Source: a virus. Taken from it: DNA of 64,000 nt. The translations under genes and the position numbers were made by a program. Position 1 is the first letter of the stretch; every line of letters begins with the position of its first letter. Positions 16,306 to 25,784 of the stretch are shown here, piece after piece. The DNA lies in IMG/VR virus record IMGVR_UViG_3300028042_000005, positions 1 through 64,000 of that record; one strand, written 5' to 3'. The notes beneath the pieces are model-generated. The model ran no database searches, was not told where the DNA came from, and worked only from the letters and a program-made list of their open reading frames with translations.

Positions 16306-16668
16306 ATGCCAGTTAAAGAATCCCCCAACTACCATTTCATTAAAACCGTCCTAGAAAGTGACGAATCAACCCCTCCCAGCAAAATGAAGTCTGGATCGAA
16401 CTTTCAAGGTTACGACATTGGGATTTTTCAGATAATTCCAAGCTCTGGTTCTCAGCCAACTATCGAAATTCTTGCTTGGTGCGAAGAACTTTCCACATTC
16501 ATCTCGTCGTCGCCGGCTGCAACGTGGACCGCGTCTGCTGCTGGAGAGCCATTCGAGTTCACGTTCTCCCCGTATGGCAGGGCAGTTTGGGCAAGAGTAA
16601 CGTCGGTTGGTGGCGTTGGAGAGTCCGTGTCCGTTTGGGCGTCTGCTCACGCAATCGGAAAATTCTAA
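16306..16668 (+). CDS. Hypothetical protein (120 aa)
   Basis: The ATG (MPVKESPNYHF...) lies downstream of the terminator. The gene ends 5 nt before terL. Confidence 0.45.
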   Translation: MPVKESPNYHFIKTVLESDESTPPSKMKSGSNFQGYDIGIFQIIPSSGSQPTIEILAWCEELSTFISSSPAATWTASAAGEPFEFTFSPYGRAVWARVTSVGGVGESVSVWASAHAIGKF

Positions 16669-16672
16669 ACGT

Positions 16673-18757
16673 ATGAGCGAAGCTAGTTCGCTTGTTGGGC
16701 GTTCTGAGGCTTTAATTCTCTATGGAACGGCCCGGCAAACATATCTTGAGTATCTTCGTAAACAGATCGTCTTGAATCAAAGAGTTGACGTTCTTGCTAC
16801 CGAAGTCTTGGGTTACAACGTTGAGCCCTTTCATCTTCAAATGCTTCAAGTCCAAAGCCTTCATCCGGACAACCTCCAGCTTGTCGGTCGAGGATTTGGA
16901 AAAGCTCTAAGCCTAAGTACTCCAATTCCAACCTCATCTGGATGGACAACTATGGGAGCCATTTCCGTTGGAGATATGGTCCTGGACGACAGGGGCCTTC
17001 CTTGTCGGGTTATAGGCGAGACGACGGTGCAACATAACAGGGTTTGTTACGAAGTTGTCTTTGATGATGGAACATCTATCACTGCGGACGCGGATCATCG
17101 TTGGTTGACGGCGGAATGGGAGTCTGAACCCACTGTCAAAACAACCAAACAGATTGAAGAGTCTTTGGCCCAAGGGGTAGAACACTATGTGTGCTGGAAG
17201 TTGGAGAAGTCTGGCGAAGAGCGCACGAGATTCATCATCGCCGTCAACTCCGTAGACTCCGTTCCTGTCAAGTGCATTCAGGTGGATTCTCCCTCCAGCT
17301 TGTTTTTGTGCGGAAGGGGAATGATTCCTACACATAATAGCACGATTTGCACAGTCACCAAAGTGATTTGGTATTTGTGTTGTTATCCAAAAGCAAGAAT
17401 CGTTATCGCCTCAAAAACCGTGAAGCAAGCTCAAGCGAGACTTAAGGAGATTGCAGCTCAGCTTGAAACTAACGAACTCTTGATTGAGTTGTTTGGGGAA
17501 TTTTACAATAAAGAGCTTTGGAACGCGAGAGAGTTGGAAATTTCTCAACGGTACGATCCTAAGTTCAAGAATTCTCCAGGAGCAAAAGCGACTGACTCTA
17601 CTCCAACAATAGCCTGTGTTGGAGCCAAAGGATCCATCGCGGGCGCCCACTTTGACATCGAATTTAGCGACGACCTTATCGATAAAACGAACAGCCACTC
17701 GGAGTTGACTCGTGGCGAGGTCAATGACTGGTACAACGGAACCTTTACGCCGATGCTAGATCCAAAGGATCCTGACATTCCATTCAGAAAGCACAGACAC
17801 AGGGTAGGAACCAGATATCACTACCTTGATCAATACGGAACTTGGATCAAGCGCGCTCGCCAAGACTTCAAGGATGGAGTCTCGGACGACGATCGGATGT
17901 GGATTAATGTTGTTCCTGCGTATGACTACAAAAATACGCAAGGAGATCAGTATCTGGATTTGGGACTTGGTGTTTATTCCGGACAAGGAACCGGGATGTC
18001 TCCATGGGCGGATAGATTCGGCATCAAAGAGCTTCTAAAAACAAAACGCCAAATTGGACGACTTGCCTTCGAAGCTCAATATCTCAACGACATCGATTCG
18101 ATGAATGGCGAGATATTTGATTACGATCACTTTGTGGAGACTCCTAGACACGAGGTCGAGGCGATTTACAAAGATATGGACTTCTGGATTGGATGCGATC
18201 TTGCAATCTCCCAGAAAAACACCGCAGATGATTCTGCATTTGTTGTCGTTGGTAGGGTTGGAAGGAAGAAGGATACTGCAAAGTATTTTGTTGTGGATAT
18301 CGTTGCTGGGAAGTTCCGATTTAACCAACAAACAATGCATATCAAGAGACTGTATGACAAGTGGAATGGCATTGGGGCCGGAGTCAAGCAGATTGGCATC
18401 GAGACGGTTGCATACCAGCTTGCTCAATTCCAAAACCTCCAAGACACCTTTCCAGAAATCAAGGAGAAGCTGAAGAAGATTACTCCAAGGAAGGGCACCG
18501 ACAAAGTGTCGAGAGCTTGGAATAGAGCGACTTTGATGGAATCCCGCAGAGTTCACCTCATGTATGAGGACAAGAAGGTTGGCGGCGAAATAATCAGAAG
18601 CACTATTGGCTGGAAGCTGAGAGAGCAAATGGTTTTGTTTCCTAATGGTGACAACGACGACATCTTCGATGCATTCGACCACGCGATTACTAGAGCGGAA
18701 AAACATAGGACCTCCACCAGAAGGTCTGAGCAAGACGAAGAGTACGGAATTATCTAG
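16673..18757 (+). CDS. terL: Terminase large subunit, interrupted by an intein in the Walker A P-loop (694 aa precursor, about 549 aa after splicing)
   Basis: VGRGFGK|intein|STICT reconstitutes the Walker A motif GRGFGKST. Downstream it has a terminase-like ATPase and nuclease architecture, and the portal gene follows immediately. Confidence 0.8.
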   Translation: MSEASSLVGRSEALILYGTARQTYLEYLRKQIVLNQRVDVLATEVLGYNVEPFHLQMLQVQSLHPDNLQLVGRGFGKALSLSTPIPTSSGWTTMGAISVGDMVLDDRGLPCRVIGETTVQHNRVCYEVVFDDGTSITADADHRWLTAEWESEPTVKTTKQIEESLAQGVEHYVCWKLEKSGEERTRFIIAVNSVDSVPVKCIQVDSPSSLFLCGRGMIPTHNSTICTVTKVIWYLCCYPKARIVIASKTVKQAQARLKEIAAQLETNELLIELFGEFYNKELWNARELEISQRYDPKFKNSPGAKATDSTPTIACVGAKGSIAGAHFDIEFSDDLIDKTNSHSELTRGEVNDWYNGTFTPMLDPKDPDIPFRKHRHRVGTRYHYLDQYGTWIKRARQDFKDGVSDDDRMWINVVPAYDYKNTQGDQYLDLGLGVYSGQGTGMSPWADRFGIKELLKTKRQIGRLAFEAQYLNDIDSMNGEIFDYDHFVETPRHEVEAIYKDMDFWIGCDLAISQKNTADDSAFVVVGRVGRKKDTAKYFVVDIVAGKFRFNQQTMHIKRLYDKWNGIGAGVKQIGIETVAYQLAQFQNLQDTFPEIKEKLKKITPRKGTDKVSRAWNRATLMESRRVHLMYEDKKVGGEIIRSTIGWKLREQMVLFPNGDNDDIFDAFDHAITRAEKHRTSTRRSEQDEEYGII
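16904..17338 (+). mobile_element. Class-3 mini-intein (145 aa, no homing-endonuclease domain)
   Basis: Starts with Ala (ALSLSTPIPT..., block A). Block B is ITADADHRWLT, with His and the class-3 Trp. Block F is VKCIQVD (Cys F:4). Block G is IPTHN|S (Thr G:5, terminal HN, +1 Ser). Confidence 0.75.
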
Positions 18758-18771
18758 GAGAAGGAGAAGAT

Positions 18772-20427
18772 ATGGCAACAAAAAACGAAACTCACGAAGA
18801 GAATAATGAGCAAAGAGAGATTGCTCTTTCGAGGCTTGGCGGTTTTGATGTTGTGAAATCTGCGACCCCTCCAGCAAACGAAGAGGCTGATGATGATGAG
18901 TCTCACTCATCAGGTAGGGGTCAGGATGGGCTTATTAAGCCTCTGTATCACCCCCTCGTTTTGGTGCAATATGTTGAGAACTCTGCTGAGTTGCATCAAA
19001 TCATTTCCTGTATGGTCGCTAACACCGTCGGTTATGGGTGGAGAGTCGTTCCTCGTGAACACACCTTAGGCATCCCCGACGAAGAGATGTTGAAGGAGGC
19101 TATCGAGATGGAGAACTTCTTCAACTACGTTAATCCGGATCAGGACATCAAGGACGTCTTGACTGAGATTGGTTGGGACTTTTATTTGACAGGAATGGCC
19201 TATTTCGAAATCACAAGAAGCCCAAGCTCCAAGAAGCCGGATGGACTGTTTCGAATCCCCTCTCATCAAATGTTGATGACAAAGAAGGAGGCCGATGCGT
19301 ACAGATTCTCCATGAAGCAACTTCATCGAAAAGTTGATGGATATGAAGTCAAGAGGCGCCTTGAGTATAAGAGGTTTCGTAGGTTCTCCCAAAGCTCGCT
19401 AATCAAGAGTGCTGCGGGAGTCTCATCGAGGACTAAGGGAACGAAGTCTGTTTGGTTCAAGGAATTCCAAGACAACAGACTCTATAGCAGAGAAACTGGA
19501 GAGCTTTTTAGCAAAAAAGAGTCCAGAAAAAATAAGCTAGCCCACGAGGTCGTCGCCTTGTCCAGTCCTGTGACTAGAGGAGCTTACGGATTCCCAAGGT
19601 TCATTGGGAACATCATCGCTCTAAACGGCGATATCAAGGCTGAGAATATTAACCTGAGCACATTCTCGAATAATAACATTCCCAGCATGGTTATTACGTG
19701 TTCCAGTGGAAAATTCACCAAAGGGAGCGTAAAGCGCCTGACGCAGTTTGCAGAAACCAAGTTTCAAACCGATGACAATAGATCTAGGTTCTTGGTTCTT
19801 GAATCAGAGGCTTTAGGGGATGACGGAGACGAAACTGGCAAGTCCAAAATATCTATCGAGTCTCTGCACGCCACAAGTAAAGAAGAGATGATGTTTCAAA
19901 AGTTCATGGACGAACAAAGAGCATCTGTCAGAAGAGCGTTTCGCCTTCCAGCCATCTTGATTGGCAGAGAGGTTGAGACTTCTGGTGACATTATTTCCGC
20001 GAGCATGAAGCTTGCTGACGAGCAGGTTTTTGGCCAGGACAGAAGCTTCTTCGTTTCCTGGATCAATAGACGTCTACTTCCTGAGCTTGGATTCGTGAAT
20101 CATAAGCTGGAGTTGAATAGCCCCAATGTCAACGACGTGAAAACTCTTGTCGATCTTCTCCGAGCTTCCGAGAAGACTGGTGCCATGACTCCCAAGATTG
20201 CTAGGCAAATCATCGAGGGAATCATGAGCACGAACTATGGAGAGATGCCAGACAGCATCGATTCAAACACTCCGTTTGCCATCACAATGGCAGAAGCCGT
20301 AAAGAAGGTGAATGATGCTGGAGGGAATAATCCCACAGGCGACAATCAACCAGAAAGGGTTATGAACCATGCAGACCCTTCCGAACTCTCCCAGCAACTA
20401 ACGTCTGATCCTACTGGTGGCTCGTAA
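18772..20427 (+). CDS. Portal protein (551 aa)
   Basis: Its size and its position directly after terL fit a portal. It also shows portal-like blocks (YGWRVVP, FYLTGMAYFEI, GFPRFIGNIIALNGD). Confidence 0.7.
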   Translation: MATKNETHEENNEQREIALSRLGGFDVVKSATPPANEEADDDESHSSGRGQDGLIKPLYHPLVLVQYVENSAELHQIISCMVANTVGYGWRVVPREHTLGIPDEEMLKEAIEMENFFNYVNPDQDIKDVLTEIGWDFYLTGMAYFEITRSPSSKKPDGLFRIPSHQMLMTKKEADAYRFSMKQLHRKVDGYEVKRRLEYKRFRRFSQSSLIKSAAGVSSRTKGTKSVWFKEFQDNRLYSRETGELFSKKESRKNKLAHEVVALSSPVTRGAYGFPRFIGNIIALNGDIKAENINLSTFSNNNIPSMVITCSSGKFTKGSVKRLTQFAETKFQTDDNRSRFLVLESEALGDDGDETGKSKISIESLHATSKEEMMFQKFMDEQRASVRRAFRLPAILIGREVETSGDIISASMKLADEQVFGQDRSFFVSWINRRLLPELGFVNHKLELNSPNVNDVKTLVDLLRASEKTGAMTPKIARQIIEGIMSTNYGEMPDSIDSNTPFAITMAEAVKKVNDAGGNNPTGDNQPERVMNHADPSELSQQLTSDPTGGS

Positions 20428-20466
20428 GTTACCGGCTCTATTTGAGAATCCTTTAGCTTTCAAACA

Positions 20467-20988
20467 ATGGTAAAGAGAACGTCAATGTCCAAAGAGAGTT
20501 GGGACAACGGTCTAAGGATCGAAGTCTCGATTACGCCAGAACAAAAGAATACAGCCCCCGTTGGCGATAGTGAGGAGATTTCCAAGAGCCTAAGTAACAC
20601 TGAGTTTCTTGTTTCGAAGTCTCTGAACGACGACAAGCGCGAGCTTACCTGTGTTGCGATGGTGGCGAACCTCAAGGACGCCCATGATGAAGTTTTCACG
20701 GTGGAGGCTGTTAAGGCGGCTTCTGAAGAGTTCTTGACCAATTACAATATCACCAAGAACCTAGGAGTGGATCACTCTGGAGAAACTCCAGACATTGCGC
20801 TCATTGGTTCTTGGTTTTTTGAAGAAGCAGGGTCGGTTGATGGACTCCAATATCCGGAATTTTCGTGGGTTGCGAAAATGAAGGTTCTGGATGATGACGT
20901 TTGGGAAAGCGTGAAGAATTCCGAGAGAACGGGAATTTCCATCGAGGGCGCGGCCTCGGGCTTCTCTCTCGAAGAAGGTGAGGAATAA
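20467..20988 (+). CDS. XkdF-like prohead protease domain protein (173 aa)
   Basis: DAHDEVFTVEAVKAASEEF...DHSGE...GSWFFEE...DDDVWESVKNSERTGISIEG resembles the putative phage serine protease XkdF family. It lies between the portal and scaffold genes. Confidence 0.5.
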   Translation: MVKRTSMSKESWDNGLRIEVSITPEQKNTAPVGDSEEISKSLSNTEFLVSKSLNDDKRELTCVAMVANLKDAHDEVFTVEAVKAASEEFLTNYNITKNLGVDHSGETPDIALIGSWFFEEAGSVDGLQYPEFSWVAKMKVLDDDVWESVKNSERTGISIEGAASGFSLEEGEE

Positions 20989-20991
20989 CGC

Positions 20992-21570
20992 ATGGAATAT
21001 CCCGAGGGAACTAAACGAGTTTTCACAAAGGTGTCTGTAAGAAAGTTAGATATCGTTGACAAGGGTGCCAATTTGCAATTCCTTGTTTATAAGAAAGAGG
21101 ATCCGATGGCAAAAGAAACTAAAGATAAAAAACTAGAAGAAACTAAAGAACTTCCAGAGATTGTTGAGACCGATGCCGTGAAGAGTGTCGAGACCGAGAA
21201 AAGCGACGGCGCCAAGCTGGAGGTCCAAATCGAGACCGAGAGCGGAGAAGAGATCAAGGAAGTCGAGAAGGCGGAGAAAACCCCCTCCGGCATGACTGAT
21301 AGCGACCTTAGTTCTCTCGCGGAGAAGATTGTTAATCTCCAAAAATCTCAGGACGAAGCTAAGGCCGCGGAAGAAGTCAAGAAGTCGAAAGACGCCTCCA
21401 GCATTGCGGAGCTTATCAAGGCCGCCGTCGAAAAGGCCATCTCCCCTCTGTCAGAGAAGGTTGATGCCCTTGATGAGGCTCGCGGAGAGAGTTCCGCTGT
21501 AGAAAGCGAAGATGCTGAGCTTGAGAAAAAGGCCGGAGGCGTATTCCAAAACCTCTTCACCCATAGATAA
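20992..21570 (+). CDS. Scaffolding protein (192 aa, acidic, coiled-coil-like)
   Basis: Glu/Lys/Ala-rich low-complexity sequence. The N-terminal VSVRKLDIVDKGANLQFLV motif is typical of XkdF-type proteins. It sits upstream of the capsid gene. Confidence 0.55.
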   Translation: MEYPEGTKRVFTKVSVRKLDIVDKGANLQFLVYKKEDPMAKETKDKKLEETKELPEIVETDAVKSVETEKSDGAKLEVQIETESGEEIKEVEKAEKTPSGMTDSDLSSLAEKIVNLQKSQDEAKAAEEVKKSKDASSIAELIKAAVEKAISPLSEKVDALDEARGESSAVESEDAELEKKAGGVFQNLFTHR

Positions 21571-21590
21571 GCCGGCAAAGGAACCATTAG

Positions 21591-22037
21591 ATGCCTTATC
21601 CAATTAAGGGAACTATCGGGAAAGATCCCGTTGTTTCCAATAAATACACGTTTCTAATTGATGGCGTTCCGTTGCTTGTGACGGCTATCTCCTCCATTGA
21701 GGAGGAAATTCCTGGAGTAGCGCTTCCTGATGGAACAACCGCATCTTCTGGTCGAACCGAGTCGACAGAATTCACGGTTGACGTTCCGAACCATCACAAC
21801 ACGGAAATCGACTTTTTTAATAGCTGGTGGATTCAATGCCAAGAGCCAGTTAGCCCGACGGCGTATAAGGCCGCGATTATTGAAAAGAGATCCTCTCAGG
21901 GGGAAATCTCTAGAACTACGAACATTTTTGGTTCGTGGATTAGTAAACGAGAAGATGCAGAATTGTCGATGGAGGACGGTGAGACGATGACTGTCACCAG
22001 ATTCACCCTCAAGGTCGACACCGCCTTTCACTCCTAG
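21591..22037 (+). CDS. Tail-tube-like protein (T4 gp19 / contractile-injection-system tube fold), 148 aa, in an atypical position
   Basis: YTFLIDGVP...SSIEEEIPG...GRTESTEFTVDV...FFNSWW...IFGSWISK...TRFTLKVD follows the gp19-family pattern as I recall it. Confidence 0.5.
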   Translation: MPYPIKGTIGKDPVVSNKYTFLIDGVPLLVTAISSIEEEIPGVALPDGTTASSGRTESTEFTVDVPNHHNTEIDFFNSWWIQCQEPVSPTAYKAAIIEKRSSQGEISRTTNIFGSWISKREDAELSMEDGETMTVTRFTLKVDTAFHS

Positions 22038-22067
22038 ACAAAAGAATTCTGAACAGGATATATTACA

Positions 22068-23255
22068 ATGACACAATCGCAAACTGAACTTTCGAAGGCG
22101 ATTCAGACCACCGACAGCATCGTGTCTGCCGGCAAGTTGAATCCTAAACAAGCAGAAACCTTCGTTGATTATGTGTTTGACCAGTCGATGCTCAAGAGTA
22201 ACGTTCGGGTTGAAAAATTCCGTAATGAAACAATGGAGATTGACGAAGTAACCCTTGGCCAGCGCGTTGCGATGGCTCATAAGGAAGCTTCGGATCCTCA
22301 GCGTAGACGTTCCGTTGGTCACTCGAAAATCGCCCTGACCCCGTCTGAGATTACCGTTCCTATCGAAATCTCCGAGAGATACCTGAAGCACAATCTTCAA
22401 GGAGAAACTCAGGAAGAGCGAATCATCAACATGATTGCTCGTCAGTTTTCGAGCGATCAGGAAGAACTTAGCGTTGTCGGCGATACCCTTGGCGTTGCTG
22501 CTCAGGCCTCTGACCTGTTTGGTGGGATGGGCTCTGGTTTCATTAAGGACGAGTATCTCGCTCTTCAAGATGGTTGGGCTAAGCGCGCAGAAGCTGGAAC
22601 GATTGTTGATGCTGGAGGCGCTAATATTTCGCCTTCGATCTTCTCAAGCGCCATTCAGGAGCTTCCGGAAAAGTTCCAAAGAGACCTCTCTTCGATGCGT
22701 TTCTTGCTGCCTCGAAAGCTTGATCACAAGTACGTTGAGAAGATTTCCCAGCGTCTGACTGGTGGTGGCGACGCGGCCCTTCAAAGCGGAACCGCTTCCA
22801 GCTTTGGCATTACAAGGACTCCAGTTCCTCTGTGGAACATGAATCCAACCGTCGTTGAGCACGTTGTACTGAATGGTACGACTGCCGTTGAGCTTTCGAA
22901 CTCTCCCTACGTTGAGATCGTTGCCGTTACCGAAACGACTCTTGCTGGCGTTCCGACTCCTGGTTACATTGCAGGAACTGACTTCACTGTTGACGCAGCA
23001 GCCGGAACCATCGCCAGAGACGGCGCTGGCGCTATCGCTGACGGAGCTACCGTGAAGGTCACGTATAAAGCTCTTCCTCAGATGTTGTTTTGTAACTTGC
23101 AAAACCTCATTCTTGGAGTCGGCCTCGACATCACCATCCTTGAGGGCCGAGAGATCTTCAAGAATGTGTTTCAGTATGCTATGCATATTCGTATTGGCAC
23201 CCAGTTGCAGAACCCTGCAGCAGTGGTGAAGGTCAAGAACATCGGCCAAGGCTAG
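22068..23255 (+). CDS. Major capsid protein (HK97-fold type), 395 aa
   Basis: Size, position after the scaffold gene, and a strong terminator immediately downstream. The N-terminal delta-like region and C-terminal pattern are typical of major capsid proteins. Confidence 0.7.
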   Translation: MTQSQTELSKAIQTTDSIVSAGKLNPKQAETFVDYVFDQSMLKSNVRVEKFRNETMEIDEVTLGQRVAMAHKEASDPQRRRSVGHSKIALTPSEITVPIEISERYLKHNLQGETQEERIINMIARQFSSDQEELSVVGDTLGVAAQASDLFGGMGSGFIKDEYLALQDGWAKRAEAGTIVDAGGANISPSIFSSAIQELPEKFQRDLSSMRFLLPRKLDHKYVEKISQRLTGGGDAALQSGTASSFGITRTPVPLWNMNPTVVEHVVLNGTTAVELSNSPYVEIVAVTETTLAGVPTPGYIAGTDFTVDAAAGTIARDGAGAIADGATVKVTYKALPQMLFCNLQNLILGVGLDITILEGREIFKNVFQYAMHIRIGTQLQNPAAVVKVKNIGQG

Positions 23256-23280
23256 AACTTACTCATAGCTTAACACTTTG

Positions 23281-23314
23281 GGGCGGCATTGTCGATGGCA
23301 TGCCGCCCTTTTTC
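23281..23314 (+). terminator. Strong rho-independent terminator after the capsid gene
   Basis: Perfect 9-bp stem GGGCGGCAT (23281-23289) / ATGCCGCCC (23300-23308) followed by TTTTT. Confidence 0.75.
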
Positions 23315-23346
23315 TTTCTCTAAAACCTTATCCCCGAGGCAAAAAT

Positions 23347-24009
23347 ATGATCGATCCCCGAACTAAAAGCGCAAAGGTAACTCTAATCAAGGGCACTAGC
23401 ATTTTGAATAAGGCTGGTAGATTTCTCCTGCGTAAAACCAAAATTGTTACCGATAAAGAACACATCGCTTGGCTGAAGCCAAAGCCCTCATTTCAAGTTC
23501 AAGAGTTGGATGAGAAGGGAGAGATTGTGTCGGATAGCGGAGAACTTCGTAAGTCGAGAGTTAAGCAAGGTAAGATCGTGAAGCACTCTCAGGTCGGCGA
23601 TGGCTGGGGAGAAACTCGTATGGATGACGAGAAGGCTGAGCTTGGGCGTAAGGAACAAGAAGAGGCCTATAGCAAAATCGAGAAGCAGTGGGCAGACGAA
23701 GAAGAAGCTAAACTAAAGGCCGTTTCGTCGGCGCCTGAGCTAGAAGTTCCTGAGTTGAGTGACGATGACGATGACGATGATGGCGACCTTTTCGCCGATC
23801 TCCGAGACGATGGCGAGCCCCAAAACAAAGATGACTCCAAGATTATGGAAGAGGTCTTTTCAGCTCCAAAACCGAAGGTTGTTGATTGGGATTCTGGAAT
23901 GAAAGTTGGAAAACTCAAAAGCATTCTTGAAGAACTGGGTATTGACCCGTCTGGAATGAAGAAGGCTGAATTGGTCTTGACTCTTGAATCTATCGACGAC
24001 GGAGAGTGA
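23347..24009 (+). CDS. Acidic protein with a C-terminal SAP/HeH (Rho-N-like) motif (220 aa)
   Basis: A poly-Asp tract (DDDDDDDGD). The C-terminal KVGKLKSILEELGIDPSGMKKAELVLTLESI resembles the HeH/SAP DNA-binding motif. Confidence 0.5.
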   Translation: MIDPRTKSAKVTLIKGTSILNKAGRFLLRKTKIVTDKEHIAWLKPKPSFQVQELDEKGEIVSDSGELRKSRVKQGKIVKHSQVGDGWGETRMDDEKAELGRKEQEEAYSKIEKQWADEEEAKLKAVSSAPELEVPELSDDDDDDDGDLFADLRDDGEPQNKDDSKIMEEVFSAPKPKVVDWDSGMKVGKLKSILEELGIDPSGMKKAELVLTLESIDDGE

Positions 24010-24013
24010 GAAA

Positions 24014-24328
24014 ATGAAGAAGTATATTACGCCCGCAAGGTTCACCACATTTTACATCGAGCCCGATGGTAGGGACGGATCTTTGGCTATTTCTGCTAAG
24101 AAAGTGCTCATGCTGTCTGATGAGGATATGGCGGAAATTTGGAAGATGGATGAGAAGGTTGCTGGGAAGATGAAAGAACTTCCAGATGGCATTCGGAGGT
24201 GTGTGTGCGAAACACCTCTGTCAAAAGGTGCTCTGCTTTGCGCAGAGTGTCATGTGGATCTTTTGGAGTCAGAGCCTGAAGATGAAGAAGTATTTGAGTG
24301 GAGCGAGGAGCTTTCTGATGGGGAGTAA
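24014..24328 (+). CDS. Hypothetical protein with a CxC...CxxC cluster (104 aa)
   Basis: ATG at 24014. It contains RRCVCETPLSKGALLCAECH. Confidence 0.45.
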   Translation: MKKYITPARFTTFYIEPDGRDGSLAISAKKVLMLSDEDMAEIWKMDEKVAGKMKELPDGIRRCVCETPLSKGALLCAECHVDLLESEPEDEEVFEWSEELSDGE

Positions 24329-24626
24329 AAAGATAAAAACACAGATCTATAAGTCGTCCATCGATCTCAGAAACGGGGAGACTGTTGACGAGTTTATTGA
24401 CAGCCTCTTCGTCTCTGCTAGAAGCTTGTTCCCAGACTCTGATTGGGTATGGGTTGTGGAAGTTAGATCGTCCGCTGTGGTTGTCTCGGTTAGCGAACAA
24501 GACAGTGGGCTCGTTTATAAAGACAAGTACTTCGAACTCAACTACTCAAGATTGCTTGATGGGGCGTTTGAGTTTTCTGAGCCTGTAGAGGTCGAAAAAT
24601 ACTCATACTGGGTAGAAGTCCGATAA
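24318..24626 (+). CDS. Hypothetical protein (102 aa)
   Basis: The ATG at 24318 overlaps the end of the upstream gene. Confidence 0.45.
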   Translation: MGSKKIKTQIYKSSIDLRNGETVDEFIDSLFVSARSLFPDSDWVWVVEVRSSAVVVSVSEQDSGLVYKDKYFELNYSRLLDGAFEFSEPVEVEKYSYWVEVR

Positions 24627-24638
24627 AGGAACGAGAAA

Positions 24639-25358
24639 ATGCCGATTACCACAATTGCGGATATTAGAGCAGAGGGCATTACGGTCGCAATGATTAGCGA
24701 CGCCCAAGTAACCACGGCTATCGCGTTGTGGGAGTCGGTATTTTCCGAGGCTTGTGGACAATGGTTTGAGCCCATCACCACATCCATCGTTTTTGATGGA
24801 GACAATTCCTCCACTGCGTTCTTTACTGTTCCTATCATTGAAATTACGGAACTTCAGGATTTGGAGTTTTCGTCCATAATCCCTGCGTCGGATTATGTGG
24901 CTTATTCCGGAAGAACGTCTTTGCAGGACGATAGACGGAGCCCAAAGTTGTCAATGAAGAAGGGTCGGGTTTTTGGACTTGGGAGAGCCCGTTACCAAGC
25001 GACTGGAAGCTGGGGGTTTGTTGAGGCGGATGATTCCACTCCCCAGCAGGTTCGGTATGCGATTTTGCGCCTTATCGTTGAAAAATTACTGAGCCCCATC
25101 GTGCCATCTCTTGTCGCGACTCCTTTGCCGGATCTTCCTGGGTTGACTGGGCAGCTCGTGGAAGAAGAGACTGACGAGCACAAGCTTTCTTGGGCGAACC
25201 CCAACAACAGCACAACTCGGCAAGATGTTAACTCAGGATTGACAAAGGACGCATTTATTTTGGAGACCATTCAAAAGTACCAATCTCCTTTGGCGATTGA
25301 TTCTCCAACGACATGGGGCTTTGGATCTGCGAGAAGCATTCTTGACGAGGTGTTTTAG
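24639..25358 (+). CDS. Putative head-tail connector/adaptor protein (239 aa)
   Basis: The call rests on position in the head-completion block. The N-terminus (TIADIRAEGI...DAQVTTAIALWE) is gp6-like. Confidence 0.35.
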   Translation: MPITTIADIRAEGITVAMISDAQVTTAIALWESVFSEACGQWFEPITTSIVFDGDNSSTAFFTVPIIEITELQDLEFSSIIPASDYVAYSGRTSLQDDRRSPKLSMKKGRVFGLGRARYQATGSWGFVEADDSTPQQVRYAILRLIVEKLLSPIVPSLVATPLPDLPGLTGQLVEEETDEHKLSWANPNNSTTRQDVNSGLTKDAFILETIQKYQSPLAIDSPTTWGFGSARSILDEVF

Positions 25359-25784
25359 ATGGCTCAGCCAAGACTTCTTCATCCGTTGTGGTGTGTTATA
25401 GAGCCTCTGGACGCATCCAGTCAGATTGAGGATGAGAACATGAGGGAGGAGATTCAGATTGTTGGTAGGTCTCCTCGGATTTCCATTCCCGCACAGCTTG
25501 AGTATAGGGATAAAGGTAGAAACGCAATTGCGTCGGAGTCGTTTGACGCTCGTGGACTCGTCTCTCATGAGGGGGGCTACTTTCTAGTTAGAGTGCTAGA
25601 CACTCAGCTTAGAGGTTGGACTCCGTCTATTGGAGATAGGCTTGTTGAGATTGGGACCGGAACTACGTTCCCTCAGCAAATGAACTCCATTGTTTTTAAA
25701 ATTTCTCCAAGAGCGCACTATCCTGGCCTTGGAGCTACGCTTCTAAAGTGTCACTTTATGGATAGGGCTCCCAGCCATGGGTAA
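25359..25784 (+). CDS. Putative head-closure / head-tail joining protein (141 aa)
   Basis: Position and size only. Confidence 0.3.
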   Translation: MAQPRLLHPLWCVIEPLDASSQIEDENMREEIQIVGRSPRISIPAQLEYRDKGRNAIASESFDARGLVSHEGGYFLVRVLDTQLRGWTPSIGDRLVEIGTGTTFPQQMNSIVFKISPRAHYPGLGATLLKCHFMDRAPSHG

